From Marsupella aquatica (taxonomy: Eukaryota; Plantae; Marchantiophyta): DNA of 64,000 nucleotides. This document shows, piece by piece, positions 25,261 through 38,824 of the stretch. Each line of letters starts with the position of its first letter. Position 1 is the stretch's first letter. Location of the stretch: the NCBI GenBank assembly GCA_973895155.1, contig OZ316891.1, positions 28,339,145-28,403,144 on the forward strand, read 5' to 3'. Both the position numbers and the translations under genes were made by a program. The notes below the pieces were generated by a model. It saw nothing but the letters and a program-made list of their open reading frames with translations, searched no databases and was not told where the DNA came from.

Positions 25261-26304
25261 TAAGAGCGAATATGCGTCAAATGGAGACATTTTAGTCCAG
25301 CAAATGATGAGTTTACATGCTTGGCAACTCAGCAAGTTGCCCGTCACTACAAACCGGGCAAGTGACCTTCTGGCTCAATTAGATTCATGATGAGAATCTT
25401 CGGGGGAAGTTTCTTTCTTTGCCTTGAATAACAAAAAGGTGAACACTACAATGCGAAGGGGAAGAAGTTTCTTCCACGGTTCCTTGAGAAGCAATTTCCG
25501 AGTAGTGACACAAATTCCCATGCTCACTGACCCTATCCTGAGATGACCGTCAGTCATTGCTCGGGACTTCGAATTTGCACAACATCTGTCTGCAATGATT
25601 TGGGTCATCTAATTCACTCAAAGGGTGGGCTTACGTCCAGCTCATCTTTCAATCTTAAGAGAGCGCACGCTTTGCGCTCAACGGCCTCGTTCAGAATTTA
25701 CATATCAAGTTCCCCATACCCATAAGCTTCCAGGTACGACATATTTACACAACAGAGGTTTGGATAAAAGTCCGGTTCCTGCCGAGACGTTAAGTATATA
25801 CATACAATTGTTTGGATCGAAGCACTTCCAGCTAGGCGTACAGGACCTACATACCACAATTTTCGATTGAAGTCAGGCCCGGAATTCTGAGACAAGGATC
25901 TGTTCTATTACTGCCACAAATCGATATAACGGACAGTCAGTACTCAGCAGGTTGATTGCGTGCTGGGTGAGAATTGATCTTCTTCGTTTTTTACGAAGGA
26001 TTTACCTGCAGAGAGAGAAGAACAAAGAGACTGAGCGAATTCGAGACACAGAGAGAAGCAAGAAGAGTTTGAACGAATTCGAGATTACTGCAAAGCGATT
26101 ATTCGAAATAAATTGTGTCAACTGCAGAGAACCGAGAAGAGCCTAAAGAGATGCAAGACTGATATTCTGCGAACTGTGAACGTCCAGCACTTGCAAAATT
26201 TGAGCGATCCAGCTTGGATTAGGAGACAAGTCGAGAGATTGTATAACACTTCTTCGAGTTGAGGGAGTACATTGTGGGTCCATTCTTCGAATCACCGGCT
26301 ATCA

Positions 26305-28817
26305 ATGTCGATCCACAGCAACGAGATTCAAGAGAAGAGAAAGCGACTGTTCTATGACGAAGACCACGAAGACATTAGTAGGAGCCGCTTGACAGCCGAC
26401 GAATCTCGCCTGAGCACAATCCTGCAGCAAACTCTCGAGTATGCCACGGAATTCCTCTCTTCCATCCATGATCGACCAGTGGGAGTCCCCCCTGTCTTGT
26501 CCCACACATCCCTAGCAGAAGAAGGTGGAGACGCCTTCTCCTCTCAATCAACAGAAGCTAAATGTTCTCCTTCCTCTTACCCTTATGCTCCGTTAGCCAC
26601 CCACGGAGTGGGAGCAGAAACAGCGCTGAACTCCTTCAAGCACCTCTACTCCGCAAGCATTTCGGGGAGCGCAGGCCCCCGCTACTTAGGATTCGTCACG
26701 GGAGGCTCTACGCCAGCGGCCATAGCAGGGGACTGGCTGGTGAGCACATTCGACCAGAACGCTGCCTATTCCGGAGACTCCAGCTCGAAGCACATCGAGA
26801 AAGAGGTCATCCACTGGCTCAGCGAACTATTCGGACTCTCGGATGCGCACAGCGGCGCTTTCGTCTCCGGCGCCACGATGGCGAACTTCGTGGGGCTCGC
26901 CATCGCTCGGCAGTGGGTGGCTCACCGCGCCGGGGTGGATGTCGCGCGCGACGGGCTCTACTCTCTCCCCCGAATCAAAGTCTTGAGTGGAAATGCTCAC
27001 GCGAGTACATACAAGGCGCTTTCTATGTTGGGGATGGGACGGGGGTCTCTGGAGAGCGTGCAGTGTTTGAAGCATCGGGAGGCTGTCGATGTTGATGCTC
27101 TCCGGGATGCGATTCAAACTGGCAAGGAGGCAGGGGAGATGTGCATTGTTGTGGCCAATGCGGGAACCGTGAATTCAGGAGATTTTGATGATCTGGTTGA
27201 AATATCGAAGTTGAAGAACGAATTCGAGTTATGGCTGCACGTCGACGCTGCATTTGGAGGATTCGCAGCCTGCTCACCAAAGTAAGTGCAATGCTGGTGT
27301 TCCATTTCTCTCATGACACGATTTAGTCTTGGAAATGTGATGAGTAAATGAACAATTTGTAAAGTAAGCGGATGCCCCTTTTGTGGGCTGAAATTCAACC
27401 TCCCCTAAGCTTCTGCTCATATGGGAAAAAATCAGTGGAACAATCTGTCCGAAACAATCTCTGTGCGCTTGGACTCTTTAATGAACCACGTCTCACAAGT
27501 GGAGGTGTCGAGTCTACACGAGCTGAATTTATACTCAAAATAAGCACTTCTGACATTGGAATTCTTCCAGCCTGCCTTCTGGCCGTTTGAATGGATTTCG
27601 TTTGGTTTTTTCGAGGCAAAAAAAAGAAGTAAGCCTGTCCAATTTTATGTCATCTGCAGTTTATGTACGAATGAAGCACTCCTTCCAGTGAAACAAATTC
27701 TTCCAGCCTGTCGAAGGGTATGTTTGTGTAACGTTATGAAGCACTCCTTCCAGTGAAACGAATTCTTCCAGCCTGTCAAAGGCCATGTTTGTGTAACGTT
27801 ATAGGAAGGTGCAAAATTTTATGGTAGCTGATGTTCTCATAATGTAAGATTTGGTTCATTAATAGCTCCAAGCAAACAAATTCCAGATCCAGAAGTTTAG
27901 AGCCTTGAGATTGCGTACCTTATCCGCGAAGGAAGAGTAATAAATGTTGCAAAATCTTCAATTTCAGTATCTGAACTCTTTAGTTTCCGAAGGCATCACT
28001 TCGTGGAAAGTTATGGCGACAGCCTGAAACTTCAGTTTCTGGTGATGTAATCTGCAGGTTCTCACATCTCGTTGAGGGTCTGGATGCTGCGGATTCCATC
28101 ACAGTCGATGCCCACAAGTGGCTGAATGTGCCTTACGATTCTGCCATGCAGTTCACTCGCCATCGTGAGCTGCAGGTGGAGGTGTTCCAGAACAACGGGG
28201 CGTATTTGGGTGCCGTGTCGCTGGCCGACCCAGACTTCGTCCACCTCACACCCGAAAACTCTCGTCGGTTCCGCGCTCTCCCCGCCTGGTTCAGCCTCGT
28301 GGCATACGGCAAAGAAGGCTACAGAAACCTCGTGGAACAGAGCTGCGAAATGGCGTATCAGCTAGGAAAGAAACTCACGAAGTCGCCTCATTTCACGTTG
28401 TTGACTCCGCCAATTCTCAACATTGTTACCTTCACTATCGGGAGAGGGGATCGAACTGCCGCGGAAGTGTTTCGATTTCTCGATCTCGTGAATCAGAAGG
28501 GAGACACGTTTATGACGGCCACGAGAGTTGGACCCTATCATGCGATTCGAGCTGCATTCTCAAACTGGCGGACTAGATATGTCGATGTGCAGGTCATCTG
28601 GCACTCTCTTCTCGAGGCGTATGTTAAGGGGCGTTTCCGCAGGATGAAAGAAGAACAGGAGGACAAAGTGTTGCACGAGGAAGTCGATAAATCGGTAACA
28701 CAAGAGATGGAATTGATGGAATATTTGGAAGACGAGATGAGAGAACAAGAGGTGCAAGAAGGAGAGGTGAATGAACACGAGCTCAACGAACAAGTCCGCA
28801 GAAAGGACAGTAGTTGA
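26305..28817 (+). CDS. Group II pyridoxal-phosphate-dependent decarboxylase, bacterial-type; exons 26305-27281 and 28058-28817
   Basis: GPRYLGFVTGGSTPAA, GAFVSGATMANF, NAGTVNSGDFD, WLHVDAAFG and DSITVDAHKWLNVPYD (PLP lysine). A GTAAGT...TGCAG intron joins the two ORFs in frame. Confidence 0.92.
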
Positions 28818-29464
28818 AAGGATATCCTACCGAAATCATGGGTCCTCACGGACTTCCCTACACGAATCGAATGGTTACCGAGCCAAACTGTTAAATTCAG
28901 GAATTGAAAGAATCAGAGGTGAAAGATGAAGGGAAGCAAGAATTATTACAATCTCATTGAAGACCTGTTGTGGCGCCTTAGTTTATGTGTAGCCGTAATG
29001 TTGAGGATGGGCTGCAAATTCTGCCTGCTCTGTTCACTGGCGAACTCGGCAGTCGGATGTGGGAAGCACATGAAGGGGCGCTTCTATGAGCTCAGCTTCT
29101 CTAAACTGAATGAGAAAAATGTCTCGTTTGGATCCCTTTCTGCGAATTTCTTGGGTTCGGAATTCCCTGGGAAATAAGAACTCTGCAGGATTGCCGAAAA
29201 TTTTAGACCTGCTTCCCTACAGCGGGTGCCACCAAATTCAGTTCGACGAGGCCTAATGACAGCTGAGGTCCTCTCTTTGCGTTGGGACATGCGTGTGGTA
29301 CATCCCAGCTATCGACCATCTCTAGCAGGGAGACGTAGACAGCAGTTTGCGAACTGAGGTGGAGTAGATATGTCCTTCATTTTGGTTCGAATGCATATAC
29401 GATATCTACTTCAATTTGAAAAGATCGCTACACGATCCACTCCAATGGGCTCGTGTACAGATTG

Positions 29465-29735
29465 CTCAATATTTGGCTTTCTCCACTCTCGGGTCCAGAT
29501 GTCTCAATATTTGGTTGTCTCAATTTCATAGCTCTGTCTCCAATCTCGGGTCCAGCTGTCTCAATATTTGGTTGTCTCAATTTCATAGCTCTGTCTCCAA
29601 TCTCGGGTCCAGATTTCTCAATATTTGGTTGTCTCAATTTAATAGCTCCACTCTCGAGTCCAAATTTCTCAATTTCTGGATCGTATTTTCAAAGCTCTAT
29701 CTCCACTCTCGGGTACAGATTTCTCAATTTCTGGA
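29465..29735. repeat. 57-bp tandem repeat (about 3 good copies plus degenerate flanks)
   Basis: TCTCGGGTCCAG...CTCAATATTTGGTTGTCTCAATTT recurs at a 57-bp period (GGG at 29491, 29548, 29605). Confidence 0.9.
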
Positions 29736-30974
29736 TTATCTATTCATAGTTCTATCTCTAGTCTAAGCAACCGGAGAGGCCCCAACGACGACGTTCCAGC
29801 CCTTTCTGGGCTTACTGTACTAAAGAAAACTTCCGGAGAGTTAGGTGCCCAAAGCTTAGAGGGAAAGGAGTGGTTTTGAAACATTATTCACAATTTTGGT
29901 GTCTCCTGCATTCTAGGTTGTGACTCCTTGTCAAGCTGAGGCTATCACTATCTGCTCCGGAGTAGTGAAAGCCTAGCCTGGGCTTACCAAAGCAATGAAA
30001 ATCCAAGTTTCTGAAAGCACTTCAATGTTCTTCCAGTAAATGTTAGAAATTCCTTAGTCTTTCCTCTTCAAATTGCACATATAGTCAAGCCTCTTCTCGT
30101 GCATTTCTAATGCTCATTTGCTCTTCCCCGCAGTGCACCATCGCTGTCTACTAGTTACCAATTTCCGTTCTGTAGCATTCAGATTTGAAAGTGTTCCATC
30201 ACGAATACCACAAGTCACAACAAACGTGCTCCACAAACAGCTTCACATAACAGCTTACAATGAACATTCTCGCAGCGTTGTCTCATTTATAGACGGCTAA
30301 GTAGACCAGTCTAAGAGTAAGCAAAACGACTTAAACCCTCCAGATACTGTCACTTCCAAGCGATGAATCTGTAGTTGAAAGAGGAAGTGGTGGTTGGATA
30401 CATTCAACAAAGCGACCTATTCGCAAAAGACTATTCACAGCTAAATCCGTGATCTCCAAGAACGTGCGGATGGTGTGAGACTGCACTGTGATGAACTACG
30501 GTCATCTCTAGCATAAATTAAGGACATCATTTCAGAACTCTAAACCCCCAAGACCCGGAAAGACCTCTCCATAGGCTCTGGCTCTGCATACCTCCTCATA
30601 ACAAGGGTGCTATCTACTGGTGATTGCTTCTATATACGGTACATGACATCGGCACTGCTACTGTGCATGAGCAAGTAACCCCATGGCCTGAAGGTGTGAA
30701 CTACTACACTATCGTCTCCGCAGGGTTAGCACTTAAAACATTCTCGGCCAGTCAGTTGTAGAATTTAATCATGACCACATTTGGTATTGCACACCAACTG
30801 CAAGAAACTAACTGTCGAAGGAGTAAGCTGAGCTGACAAAGGATGAATTAATTACATGAGGGAGGCGGTTGCCAAGGCCTTCAGCTGTGCAAGAATGAAT
30901 TCCATCCGGATTTTGGTACACGACAGCAAGAACCTGATTATGGAGCTGCTAGAGGAGAAATTAGACTTCGACCT

Positions 30975-31682
30975 TCAGCAGATTAAGATGGTAGCCAAGA
31001 CCTGCAGCAGTGCAGCCACGAATTCGAGCTGGGTCTGTGCCTGAATGGCAGCAAACGGGGGGACGTGGACGAAGAGACACTTCGTGCCATGGTTGGCAGC
31101 ATGTCTGAGGGACTGGTAGTACACATAGTTACACACAAAGAGTCCGGCATCGTAAGACACAGCCGCATCAAACCCTAACTTCAACAATTCAGCCACAATT
31201 TTGCCAGTCGGAAATACTGTCTCTCTCACGGTTGAAATTGGGCCGTCCTCTTCGACGATTCTCTTCTTATCTGGTTGCCATCCCATCTCGTCTGCGCATC
31301 GGAAGGTCGCCTCGTTCACTGCTCGTTGCTCTACCTTGAAGCATCTAGCTCCCGTATCGACCCCAAAGTGAATCCACACCACATCACCCTGTCCACCCAC
31401 CGAATTTTGTGGCACAGCCACAGAGTCTACCAAGCTGCCTCCTCCATTGGAACACTTGGAGTCCAAGAGCTCTAGTAAGAACTGTAGCCCTCCGAGGCCT
31501 GCCGTCTCCAGCACCGTGCAGCTCTCTATGGTTGCCCCGAGAGGCAACGCTCGGTTTTCCATGTATTCCTTGAGCTTGCTCATCAGCACCATGGTGGGAT
31601 TCAGAGGCACGTTGTAGAACTTGTTGAATCCTGTGAGATGGAACTCAATTGGAGATGGTGCTGCTTCAGCTTCGGACCCCAT
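30975..31682 (-). CDS. Pyrrolidone-carboxylate peptidase (pyroglutamyl peptidase I, family C15), single coding exon
   Basis: MGSE.. start, FHLTGFNKF, WIHFGVD, EQRAVNEATF, DAGLFVCNYVYY (catalytic Cys) and FVHVP (catalytic His). Confidence 0.93.
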   Translation of the reverse strand: MGSEAEAAPSPIEFHLTGFNKFYNVPLNPTMVLMSKLKEYMENRALPLGATIESCTVLETAGLGGLQFLLELLDSKCSNGGGSLVDSVAVPQNSVGGQGDVVWIHFGVDTGARCFKVEQRAVNEATFRCADEMGWQPDKKRIVEEDGPISTVRETVFPTGKIVAELLKLGFDAAVSYDAGLFVCNYVYYQSLRHAANHGTKCLFVHVPPFAAIQAQTQLEFVAALLQVLATILIC

Positions 31683-32423
31683 TTTCCTCGTCTTCGAACT
31701 CTCTACCTGCCTCTCTGTCAAATTGATTGCCTTCGTTCTTGGGTCCTTTCGAATTGGAAGGTCTTCTGCTTCCTTTTCCTGCTTTCAGTCGATTTGGGAG
31801 AGAGCATGAAGGATGACGATCCTTGTGCTGGAGCTCTTTTCTATGCTTTTTCTCGTGACACAGCAACTTTTATGTACAAATGTGACGTGCGCTTCACTTT
31901 TCTCCCTCACCCAGTTATGATCTGAATGATCATTGTTTTACTACAAGTATTTAATTAATCCACAAGTTACCTCATACAGTACTCCCAGTAGCATAGTTTC
32001 TAAGGTTAATTAATGCACAAGTCACCTGGTAAAGTTTTCTTTTTTAATTGGGCTAATTTGTAAGGTATTTTCCTTTTCGCCAGGTGGCCAATGTTCCCTT
32101 GTGTGAACTAAAGGAGACATTGAGGAACGTTCCTTCCCTAATCTTCTTAGATTAATATCTGACTGGGAGATCTCCCTAGATTTAAAGATTACCATTAAAT
32201 TCAGGTTAATGGTGTATGAGACTATCGGCTCACTGTGGTGCATTTTCCAAAACTCTAACCACCAAAACTATTATCAACATGCTGTCTACCACTAGTCTCC
32301 AGCCTCGTTTCCAGCTTGCTAATAGCTGCTTCTGCTGTTGTCAGCCTGAAAAACGTGTTAAGCCTCCTTAGCCACACTTGTTTGGAACAATTCTTTCACT
32401 TGACTTGTGAACAACTGTTGTGC

Positions 32424-32497
32424 CGCCAGTTTACCCTTCTCTTTGACTTACTCAGGCATGTTGTGCCAGTTTACCCTTCTCTTTGACTTACTCAGGT
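32424..32497. repeat. Short tandem duplication (~40 bp)
   Basis: GCCAGTTTACCCTTCTCTTTGACTTACTCAGG present twice. Confidence 0.85.
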
Positions 32498-33499
32498 ATG
32501 TTTGTATTCCGACCCTGGAATGTACTTATCGGCTTAATTCCTTAAGCCTGCTGAGGGTCTTTCCCAGATTATACGACCCACACTAAAACACTCTGAATGC
32601 CTCACATTCTTTCAGAATTGGGTGCGGCAATCTCTGATCAAGTCGGGGCAACTCAAACTCTGCTCACTAGTTCCACTCCTTCTGACTTAACCAATCAAGC
32701 AAAATGCATCTACAGTTCATAGTGTTTCTTGGCGTTACTTGCAAGGACTTGCAAACTAAGCCAACAAAGGCCAACTCAACTCAAGTGATTATTCATAGAT
32801 TCAAGACAACTGTTGTTTACTTATACCAAGCGTTCAAGATATAGCCAAGAGCTTTCCTAACTCACAAAGTGATTCAGAACACTGATGCACTAAAGGCTCA
32901 ACTAAGAAAAAACTTAAACATCCACACTGCAAAGGTTTTTATCCTTGGAGCGCTTCAGCCCCAAGTGATCCAAGAATATCCAAACTACCTAACACTAGCC
33001 TACACTGGTATTCTCCTCAAATTAAAACAAAATTTCATCACTTATTAACACCACTTGACTTAAGAATAGGTCTATTGACTGATCACAGTTTCTGTAATTG
33101 CAGACATTAAAAAATCAGATTTATTTTCAGAATATTCCATCCAAATTGTCGTAACAGCCCTCAACATTGTGGTGACACTTGCAAAACATGTGGGGAAAAG
33201 TATATCTGCTTCCTTGCAATGTCAACAGTGCACAAGGCTGGTAGTGCCCCTCCATTGTAGTTTTTGGGGAGGACACATGGATACCCTACATCAAGTCATG
33301 GCCATTGGATCCCCCTTGATTTAAGGCAATAGTTAGATTTTGGCAACCTATTGGGAAACTTGCTAATGGAATGCCCCAAAATGTAGAAAATTTTGTCAAA
33401 AGTGAATCTAGCAAATTATATTCGCCACGATGAAAAGCCGCTAAGCCCCTAAATTTTGAATGGGCTGTTTGGCTAACAATCACCAAAATAACCCACACA

Positions 33500-33960
33500 C
33501 TAGCACTTTGGATCCCTAAACGTTTTTGGGGCTGTTTGGCTGGAAAATGCAAAAGCAAGATTCCCTCGCACAGGAACTCTGGCTTCCTCATTGTTGTTGG
33601 GATATTTGGCTCAAAAGTCCAATGCGCTGGAACTCTGGATTGCAAAAAGTTATATGGGATGATGTGTGGATCAAAAATTCAAAACAAATCCAATGCCTGA
33701 AGCTGTGGATCCCTGCATGGTTTTTGGGCTGGTTGCTAAGAAATGCAAGAAAATCTATTGAACTGGACGTCTGGCTCCCTAAACCCTTTGTGCACTACTT
33801 CCCATGTCCAGAGTTTTGCTTCAAAGTGGGAAATTAAATACAAACCACTGGAACTCTGTATCCCTGAACGTTTTTGGGCTACTTCACACTGTCCAGGGCA
33901 TGTCTGAAAAATGCAAAAAACAATCCCACTCACAGGAACTTTGGATCCCTAAACGTTGTT
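33500..33960. repeat. Degenerate tandem repeats (possible TE remnant)
   Basis: Recurring GGATCCCTAAACGTTTTTGGGCT and AAAATGCAAAA..CACAGGAACT motifs. Confidence 0.55.
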
Positions 33961-34029
33961 TATATTAGAACATTGCTATGATGGCAAATCCACCTGACCT
34001 GCTCATGAATGTTATTTTCATAGGTAGTT

Positions 34030-34461
34030 ATTTCATTTTTAATTTGCTTTAGGGTACTCCATGCTTTGTAGGTCCTGAGTTTTTGAATATAAACCCCCCT
34101 TTAAAAATTTTCCTCCCCTTTTATTCTTCTATATGAATTACTATGTAAAGTACCCTCACCTCCGTCCCAACACCTTGGCGCTTCCTCATTGAGAGGCTCC
34201 GTACTCTAGGAGCTTCGAACCCTCGACATTCACTCCCCAACCTACTCCATGCTTTGTAGGTCCTGAGTTTTTGAATATAAACCCCCCTTTAAAAATTTTC
34301 CTCCCCTTTTATTCTTCTATATGAATTACTATGTAAAGTACCCTCACCTCCGTCCCAACACCTTGGCGCTTCCTCGTTGAGAGGCTCCGTATTCTAGGAG
34401 CTTCGAACCCTCGACATTCACTCCCCAACCTACTCCTTCAACCATTGGGCCGCGCACACCC
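34030..34461 (-). mobile_element. tRNA-derived SINE-like element with a 188-bp internal tandem duplication
   Basis: Minus strand reads GGTGTGCGCGGCCCAATGG (A-box-like)...GGGTTCGAAGC (B-box-like), with an A-rich 3' end; 34055-34242 is duplicated at 34243-34430. Confidence 0.55.
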
Positions 34462-34841
34462 AAGGGTGTCATCATGGCATGTAGGGTAATTCTTGAGGGC
34501 CTCCATGGCACTCGTCATCTTGCTAGCAAACAACTTCAAAAATTCACATGTTGGAGAGAGCAATTTTTCTTGATTTTCTGTGCTGCCACAATTGGATAGT
34601 CAACTGAGACAACTTACCCTAAATCCTAATTTTGACTCCTAACAACAAACTCCAATAAACATCAGGTTGTCATAGTACATTCTTTGGTGACTTTATTGTT
34701 ACTAGAGCCTTCTTGAAGATGAGATCATATCTAGCCGACTGCGTTATCTGGAGAACGCCTCGAGTGTCACACAGAAAAACTATTGCATTGCTTGACACCA
34801 ACCATCTGACAGCTGAGGCACCTCCCAAAGAAATCATGTAC

Positions 34842-37800
34842 TTAGTCAGCATCCATATCTTCTTCCTGTGCAGCCTTGGCAACTGCCTTTGCTTCCGCCA
34901 AAAGGTCAGAAGGAACCTGCCACGTCCATAGGCTAAAACTTCAGCATTTCATCTGAATTGATCTAAAATCACCCCACTCTTGACCAGGTTTATGGTGGGG
35001 ATTTCGATTTAACTGGAACCACGATTTCGAATTCATAGGCATCAAGTATATCTGTATGAACCCTTGCATAAATTGAGTACGATGGTATGCTACCATGAGA
35101 GCTGGTCCAACCGGGACTTGACTTGTGGCGCATTTCTGCACTCTATACAGTGATAAGTTCATTGACAGCACGATAGAAAGACAAAAATCTCACCCGCTGA
35201 TGCTCTCGCTTGGACTCCTCACAGATCCAACTCATTTCCAGCTCAAAAGCCTTGTCCTTAGCTTCATCGTGGACACTATATATTCTGCACTCGAGGATGG
35301 TCACTAAAATCAGTGATCCTCTTGGACATTGATCAGATGAATCTCGAAATCCGATAGATCTAAAACTTCTTCTGGCACATGATAGACAACACCTTGAAAC
35401 GCTTGGAACAGTAACAAAAAACCACATAGAGCCAATGTCTCCATTCTAGTTTTACAAATCGATCTATAGTGCAAGTTTTGAAACAATCGATGCGACAAAA
35501 AACATAATAAATCTAGTTGAACATGCAGTGATGCCAAGTGAAAAGGACCTGAACGGAAAGAAAAGTTCTTACATCTTTGCCACAGCAATAACTCCTTCCC
35601 GGCATGTCATTTGTGAAAGTTTCAACTTCTCAATCTCCCTATTAAACAGTATGTTTCACGAGCTTCAGATTTCACGAGGATCACCACAAATATGTATTTC
35701 AATACTAAGCTTCCCTGTAATAACATACATCTGACAACAATAACACCTAGACGACAAATCACACAAGTCATTCATACATCACACTGAGTACATGTGCACC
35801 AGAATCATGAGATCAACCATAGAGAACACTCACGTCTTGGCTGCTTGTCGACCTTTTCCTACAGCCGCGCCAAAGTAACGCTGCACCAAAACCATCTATC
35901 GACATCAGTATCACCCATTGCCACTGGATGCCTGAGCCAAATGTATCAGGACCCATTTGTCTGGTTTAAGAGTCCCTTTAGAGGAAAAATGACAGGAAGC
36001 GGTGGATCCGTTCTGCCTAATGAATTCTTTAAGATGACAAGAGGAAAGTACATAAGCAACACCGGATGGCTCAATCATGTACAATTGGGGCCCGTCCCTA
36101 TCGTATCCTCCTAAAATTGCAGAAGAACCATAGGGTCTGCATACATCAATCACAAGCAATTAAGTAGACGCAAACGAGTCGACACGGAACAACGACAGCA
36201 ACAAAGGAGCAAAGATCAGCAACAAAGGAGCAAGACTACTATCCAATGATCTGACAAAGCTATCAAGTATACCTTCAAATTGACAATTAGTAAGGCTAGA
36301 CATGAATCTGAATACGACCTTTGATCCACCTTCCCCAATGGTGAACCCATTTACATGACATGCTCAAATCCAAGATTCCTTAGTCAAATTTAGACAGACT
36401 CTCCAAAGAACTCAAAGGAAGTTATCATTTGAAAGTGGTATGGACTACAAACCTGAGCCACCAGTAAAGGGTACATAAGTGTACATAGTGAGCAACTCTA
36501 TCGCAGAGTTCTTTAGTTGGGATCTCCTCCCCATAGAAGCTGCAAATAGCAAGAAGCAAAGTTGAATTGTGGTTAAGCAAATATCCAAATCTATTGTACA
36601 CCTACCTAGGACAATTAAAGTTCAAACTGTCAAGATCCAACCTAATAGCGAAGTAGTCAGTTCGATATCGAAGGGTCTCGTATTTATCATCCCCTAGCGT
36701 CCAAGCGGCACCTGACGGTCGCTGGAATCGAGAACGTTACACGTAAACCCAGGTCTCAAATAAAACAAACACAGTCCAACCCACGCCGGGGTATTGAATT
36801 AGGCAAACACCCATTTGCACGACTCTACATCAGATCTATCCACTGAATCGTCTACTACACAGCAGAATAGGGTTCGGGGTTTAGGCTTCACTCGTCCAAG
36901 TTCACCACACCCATCCGCAATTATTATCATCACTTATTATCTCGTCGAACGACAGTTTTGCAGACTATGACATAGGCTGTACAAGAAAGAGTGTGGCCTG
37001 AAGTTGACATTGAGCTGGAGAAGGGCACTGAATATTTTCCTGCCGGATACGGGCATAAGATGACAATAAAACACCTTTGAATGTTCAGCACGTACACTAC
37101 GTTCTGCTTACAAAAGCTTCTTAACAGCAATCTGTAGTGGAAAACTTGCTGCAAACACACCTCAAATAATTTGCAGCCTCTGCTCTAGCACGCGTAACTA
37201 TCTGCCTTCCATCAGCTGCCAAACCGGCAATAGCCTGCCGGAAAACCAGCACAAGATTCGATGATTTTCAAGAAGTTCCAATCGATGAGCGAATTAGTAA
37301 AAGGCCTGATGCGAAACTGAGAGATTGGTTGCATAAAACCCATCTTTCAGCCCCTGGAAATAACGAAGCTGATATGACCAGATATACACTTCAGTGATGT
37401 GAGTTGCCATTGAATTAAAAACCGGGTAAGAAAAGAGAATCCAGGCTCTCGAAATTTCCAGAAATCCCAGATCCATGTGCTGAGAATTACAAGATACGTC
37501 AAAGTCTCTGCAATTACCAATCCCCAGCACAACAACATAATGGCAGCCAATAAACTGACACCTTGGATAAATGTTCTACGTGAAAATAGGCCTTGAAGCT
37601 CATATTTTCCACCGTTCATTTGTGATATAAGCTTCAGTTACTTACCATGCCAGAGTGACGATTCACAGAATGAATTCTTCTGTTGGATCCTTCCAGCAAC
37701 ATCTTTGAGGCGATGAGTTTCTCCACTCCCTAAAACAATTCGTTTAAATCCAATCAGTACTTTTTAGCATAAGTCTGCATTTAAAGTGCTAATAATAATT

Positions 37801-38824
37801 GTTCTAATAAATTAAAAAATGGTGCCGGGATTGACAATCAGCCACGACGGTCAAATGCGTGGATAATATTAGAAGGGACGAAAACCAGCATTCACGGAGT
37901 AGAGATATCGCCTTACCAAAACTATCCCATCCTTGCATTTGATACCCACAACCGTTCTGCGAGTCCAACAACCACCATAGCAGTCTGTTATACAGTCGAT
38001 ATTACCAGGGAATATCAAACAGATCAAATTGACTTCTGAGACTCTTGACCCTGTCACATTCACTACTCTTTCTACTACTAAAGTGCGAGGAAGAGGATTA
38101 TCCATACTTTGCGATCGAAGTCTACCGTTCATTACCTACTCCGTCATGACTTACTTCGTAAAGGCCTGCAAGCACTAAGGCTGAACCCCTCTCGCAGAGA
38201 ACATTCACTTCACTTTTTTTCCTTACTCCCCTTGCCCGGGACATGGGGAGGACAAGGGTGGAATGCATTTTGAGAGAAACCGTCCACTTCGACCTAATCT
38301 GCCTGTGGTGAAAAAAGACAGCTTACAGATGGACCCACTTCTAGTGCTTCACAACAAATTAAACTAAAAACTTTACCCTGAAGCCCTTACTTGAACTTAA
38401 CCAAAAACTTTACCCTGAAAACCTTACTGGAACTTCACCATCTCCAAGCTAACGATTAGGGCTTTATCAATAACCGTAGATTTCGAGCAGCCTAATGGAA
38501 ATATGCCAGCAGAGTTGTCATTCAGTGTCCCAGCCTATAACAGGAGTCTGAGTCAGTACAATTTTCCTTACCCGCTATTGTCGATAGCTTTGGTTGCGTA
38601 GTCAATTTGAAAGACGCGCCCGTCGGGTGAGAATGTAGTCACCGACAAATCATACTGCCAACAGCTCACATCGAATCAAATATCATGCACTCTCCCTCTC
38701 TTCCTTCTCGTCACGTGAAACGTTATCATTCCCAACAAAAACGCCCAAAAACAATTTCTTCGTCTGTACACTACAGAATCAAGAGCAAGAAGGGAAAGCT
38801 TACCCCGGTGCCAATGCTGCTCAT
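34842..38824 (-). CDS. PAG1: 20S proteasome subunit alpha type-3 (alpha7), multi-exon
   Basis: Exons spell MSSIGTG|[20 protein letters not shown]..|[12 protein letters not shown]|[12 protein letters not shown]..|..[17 protein letters not shown]..|..[19 protein letters not shown]..|..EEDMDAD*; the junctions checked are GT-AG. Confidence 0.96.

Noticed and set aside
29416-29766. Repeat array as a CRISPR, or its ORFs as genes
   Set aside because: Head-to-tail 57-bp units with no unique spacers, eukaryotic context and no cas genes
34380-34461. Functional tRNA gene
   Set aside because: A/B-box-like motifs are present but no complete cloverleaf; better explained as a SINE head
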